Part shown: positions 62,544 to 64,000 of the stretch, piece after piece
Layout of the letters: the number at the start of each line of letters is the position of its first letter
Numbering within the stretch: position 1 is the first letter of the stretch
Source of the DNA: Octopus bimaculoides
Lineage: Eukaryota
Reading direction: 5' to 3'
DNA length: 64,000 nt
Assembly: GCF_001194135.2 (NCBI RefSeq)
Contig: NC_068988.1
Location: forward strand, 35,072,579 to 35,136,578
Notes under the pieces: generated by a model
What the model was told of the DNA's origin: nothing
Seen by the model: the letters and a program-made list of their open reading frames with translations, nothing else
Databases searched by the model: none
Program-made: the position numbers and the translations under genes

Positions 62544-64000
62544 GTGCGTGCGTGCGCGCGCGTGTGTATATGTATATATATATATATATGCAAAAAATAT
62601 TGTATTGGCGACAGGGAAATATAAAGCTGCACGAACACATATGCAGCCATAACACACACATCCGTACACGCTCTAATATAAATACATACGTATGTATACA
62701 TATATATATACGCATGCAAATATATACACTCACAAGCACACACACATACACATATAAACATACATACACACATGCATACATATATTATGTATGTGGGCAA
62801 AAATTACGAAAGGGAAATATAAAAGAAGCAGACTAATATAAAATATAGCGTATGGAAATAATTACACGAGATTTATTGCTGTAAGGTTAAAGATCGTGAA
62901 ATTAGCATTCAGTCAAGTTACATACAAGCCTGGCCTAGCCATCATGGCGATTAAACGTGGCTTGGCGTTCGCAAAATCAAACAAGCAATATGTAAAACGA
63001 TATTAAATGTTATCCGTGCGTTTCAGAAACAGGAACTGACGTCACGTATGTGTTGGTTACCCAAGATCGATTCAGCGTTAAAGCTAAATTGCTGCTAGGT
63101 GCGATAAACTGCTAAACGTGTACAAATGCAAGTGATGGCGTGCGCGCATGTGATGTATGTAAGTATATACGTATACACGCATACATATGTGTGTGTGTGT
63201 GTGTATGAATATATATATATATATATATATATANNNNNNNNNNNNNNNNNNNNNNNNNNNNNNNNNNNNNNNNNNNNNNNNNNNNNNNNNNNNNNNNNNN
63301 NNNNNNNNNNNNNNNNNNNNNNNNNNNNNNNNNNNNNNNNNNNNNNNNNNNNNNNNNNNNNNNNNNNNNNNNNNNNNNNNNNNNNNNNNNNNNNNNNNNN
63401 NNNNNNNNNNNNNNNNNNNNNNNNNNNNNNNNNNNNNNNNNNNNNNNNNNNNNNNNNNNNNNNNNNNNNNNNNNNNNNNNNNNNNNNNNNNNNNNNNNNN
63501 NNNNNNNNNNNNNNNNNNNNNNNNNNNNNNNNNNNNNNNNNNNNNNNNNNNNNNNNNNNNNNNNNNNNNNNNNNNNNNNNNNNNNNNNNNNNNNNNNNNN
63601 NNNNNNNNNNNNNNNNNNNNNNNNNNNNNNNNNNNNNNNNNNNNNNNNNNNNNNNNNNNNNNNNNNNNNNNNNNNNNNNNTATATATATGCGCATGTGAA
63701 GATATACGTGTGCGTGTGTATGCATATACATAATGCGTGTGTATACGCGTAAATACCACAGAGAGGACATAAAAGAGATTAAGGGACAAATCATCAAACC
63801 TACAAGCGTATTAACTAGCTTGCTGAGTGGACAAACATATATAAAATATAAAATATGGTAAGCATAATAATAGAAGAGGGACAGAACAAAAAGCGAACTG
63901 AACTGCGTATCAAAAAGAAAATGAAAAGAAAAGGAAATGTCTAAAGCAAGCAAAATGGACAAAAACCAATGTATATTAAAGCATAGAAAAAAAACATGAA

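Noticed and set aside
61939-62836. Many overlapping YI/HT/CV-repeat ORFs (also 6131-6582, 10017-10311)
   Set aside because: Translations of (TA)n, (CA)n and (TG)n microsatellites that lack stop codons by construction.

Overview
AT-rich, microsatellite-dense eukaryotic draft-assembly DNA with 11 N-gaps (2460-2945, 5071-5940, 11546-11573, 17685-18419, 24956-25056, 29692-29755, 37273-37282, 48791-48852, 53001-53204, 54217-54226, 63234-63680), most of them flanked by (TA)n. The SINE families and overall texture look like a cephalopod (Octopus-like) genome; this is recognition from memory, not a database result. No intact protein-coding gene, tRNA, rRNA or CRISPR array can be supported, and almost all ORFs in the supplied track are microsatellite, gap or SINE artefacts. 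What is supported: dozens of copies of several SINE-like families (my labels A-F); decayed fragments of a CR1-group LINE, two R4/Dong-type RLE LINEs, a Tx1-type LINE, Penelope-like elements and a mariner transposase; and piggyBac-type MITEs with TTAA target sites. Best second-look items: a pre-miRNA-sized hairpin (56905-56967), a 72-bp near-perfect inverted repeat (53522-53838), a sharp CpG step at about 29.7 kb implying a methylated host-gene body on the left, several unrelated retroelements sitting in (AAT/ATT)n tracts, and a tandem duplication whose two copies preserve each other's empty SINE insertion sites. Repeat boundaries were read by eye and are approximate (about +/-15 bp) unless a TSD or TIR is quoted.
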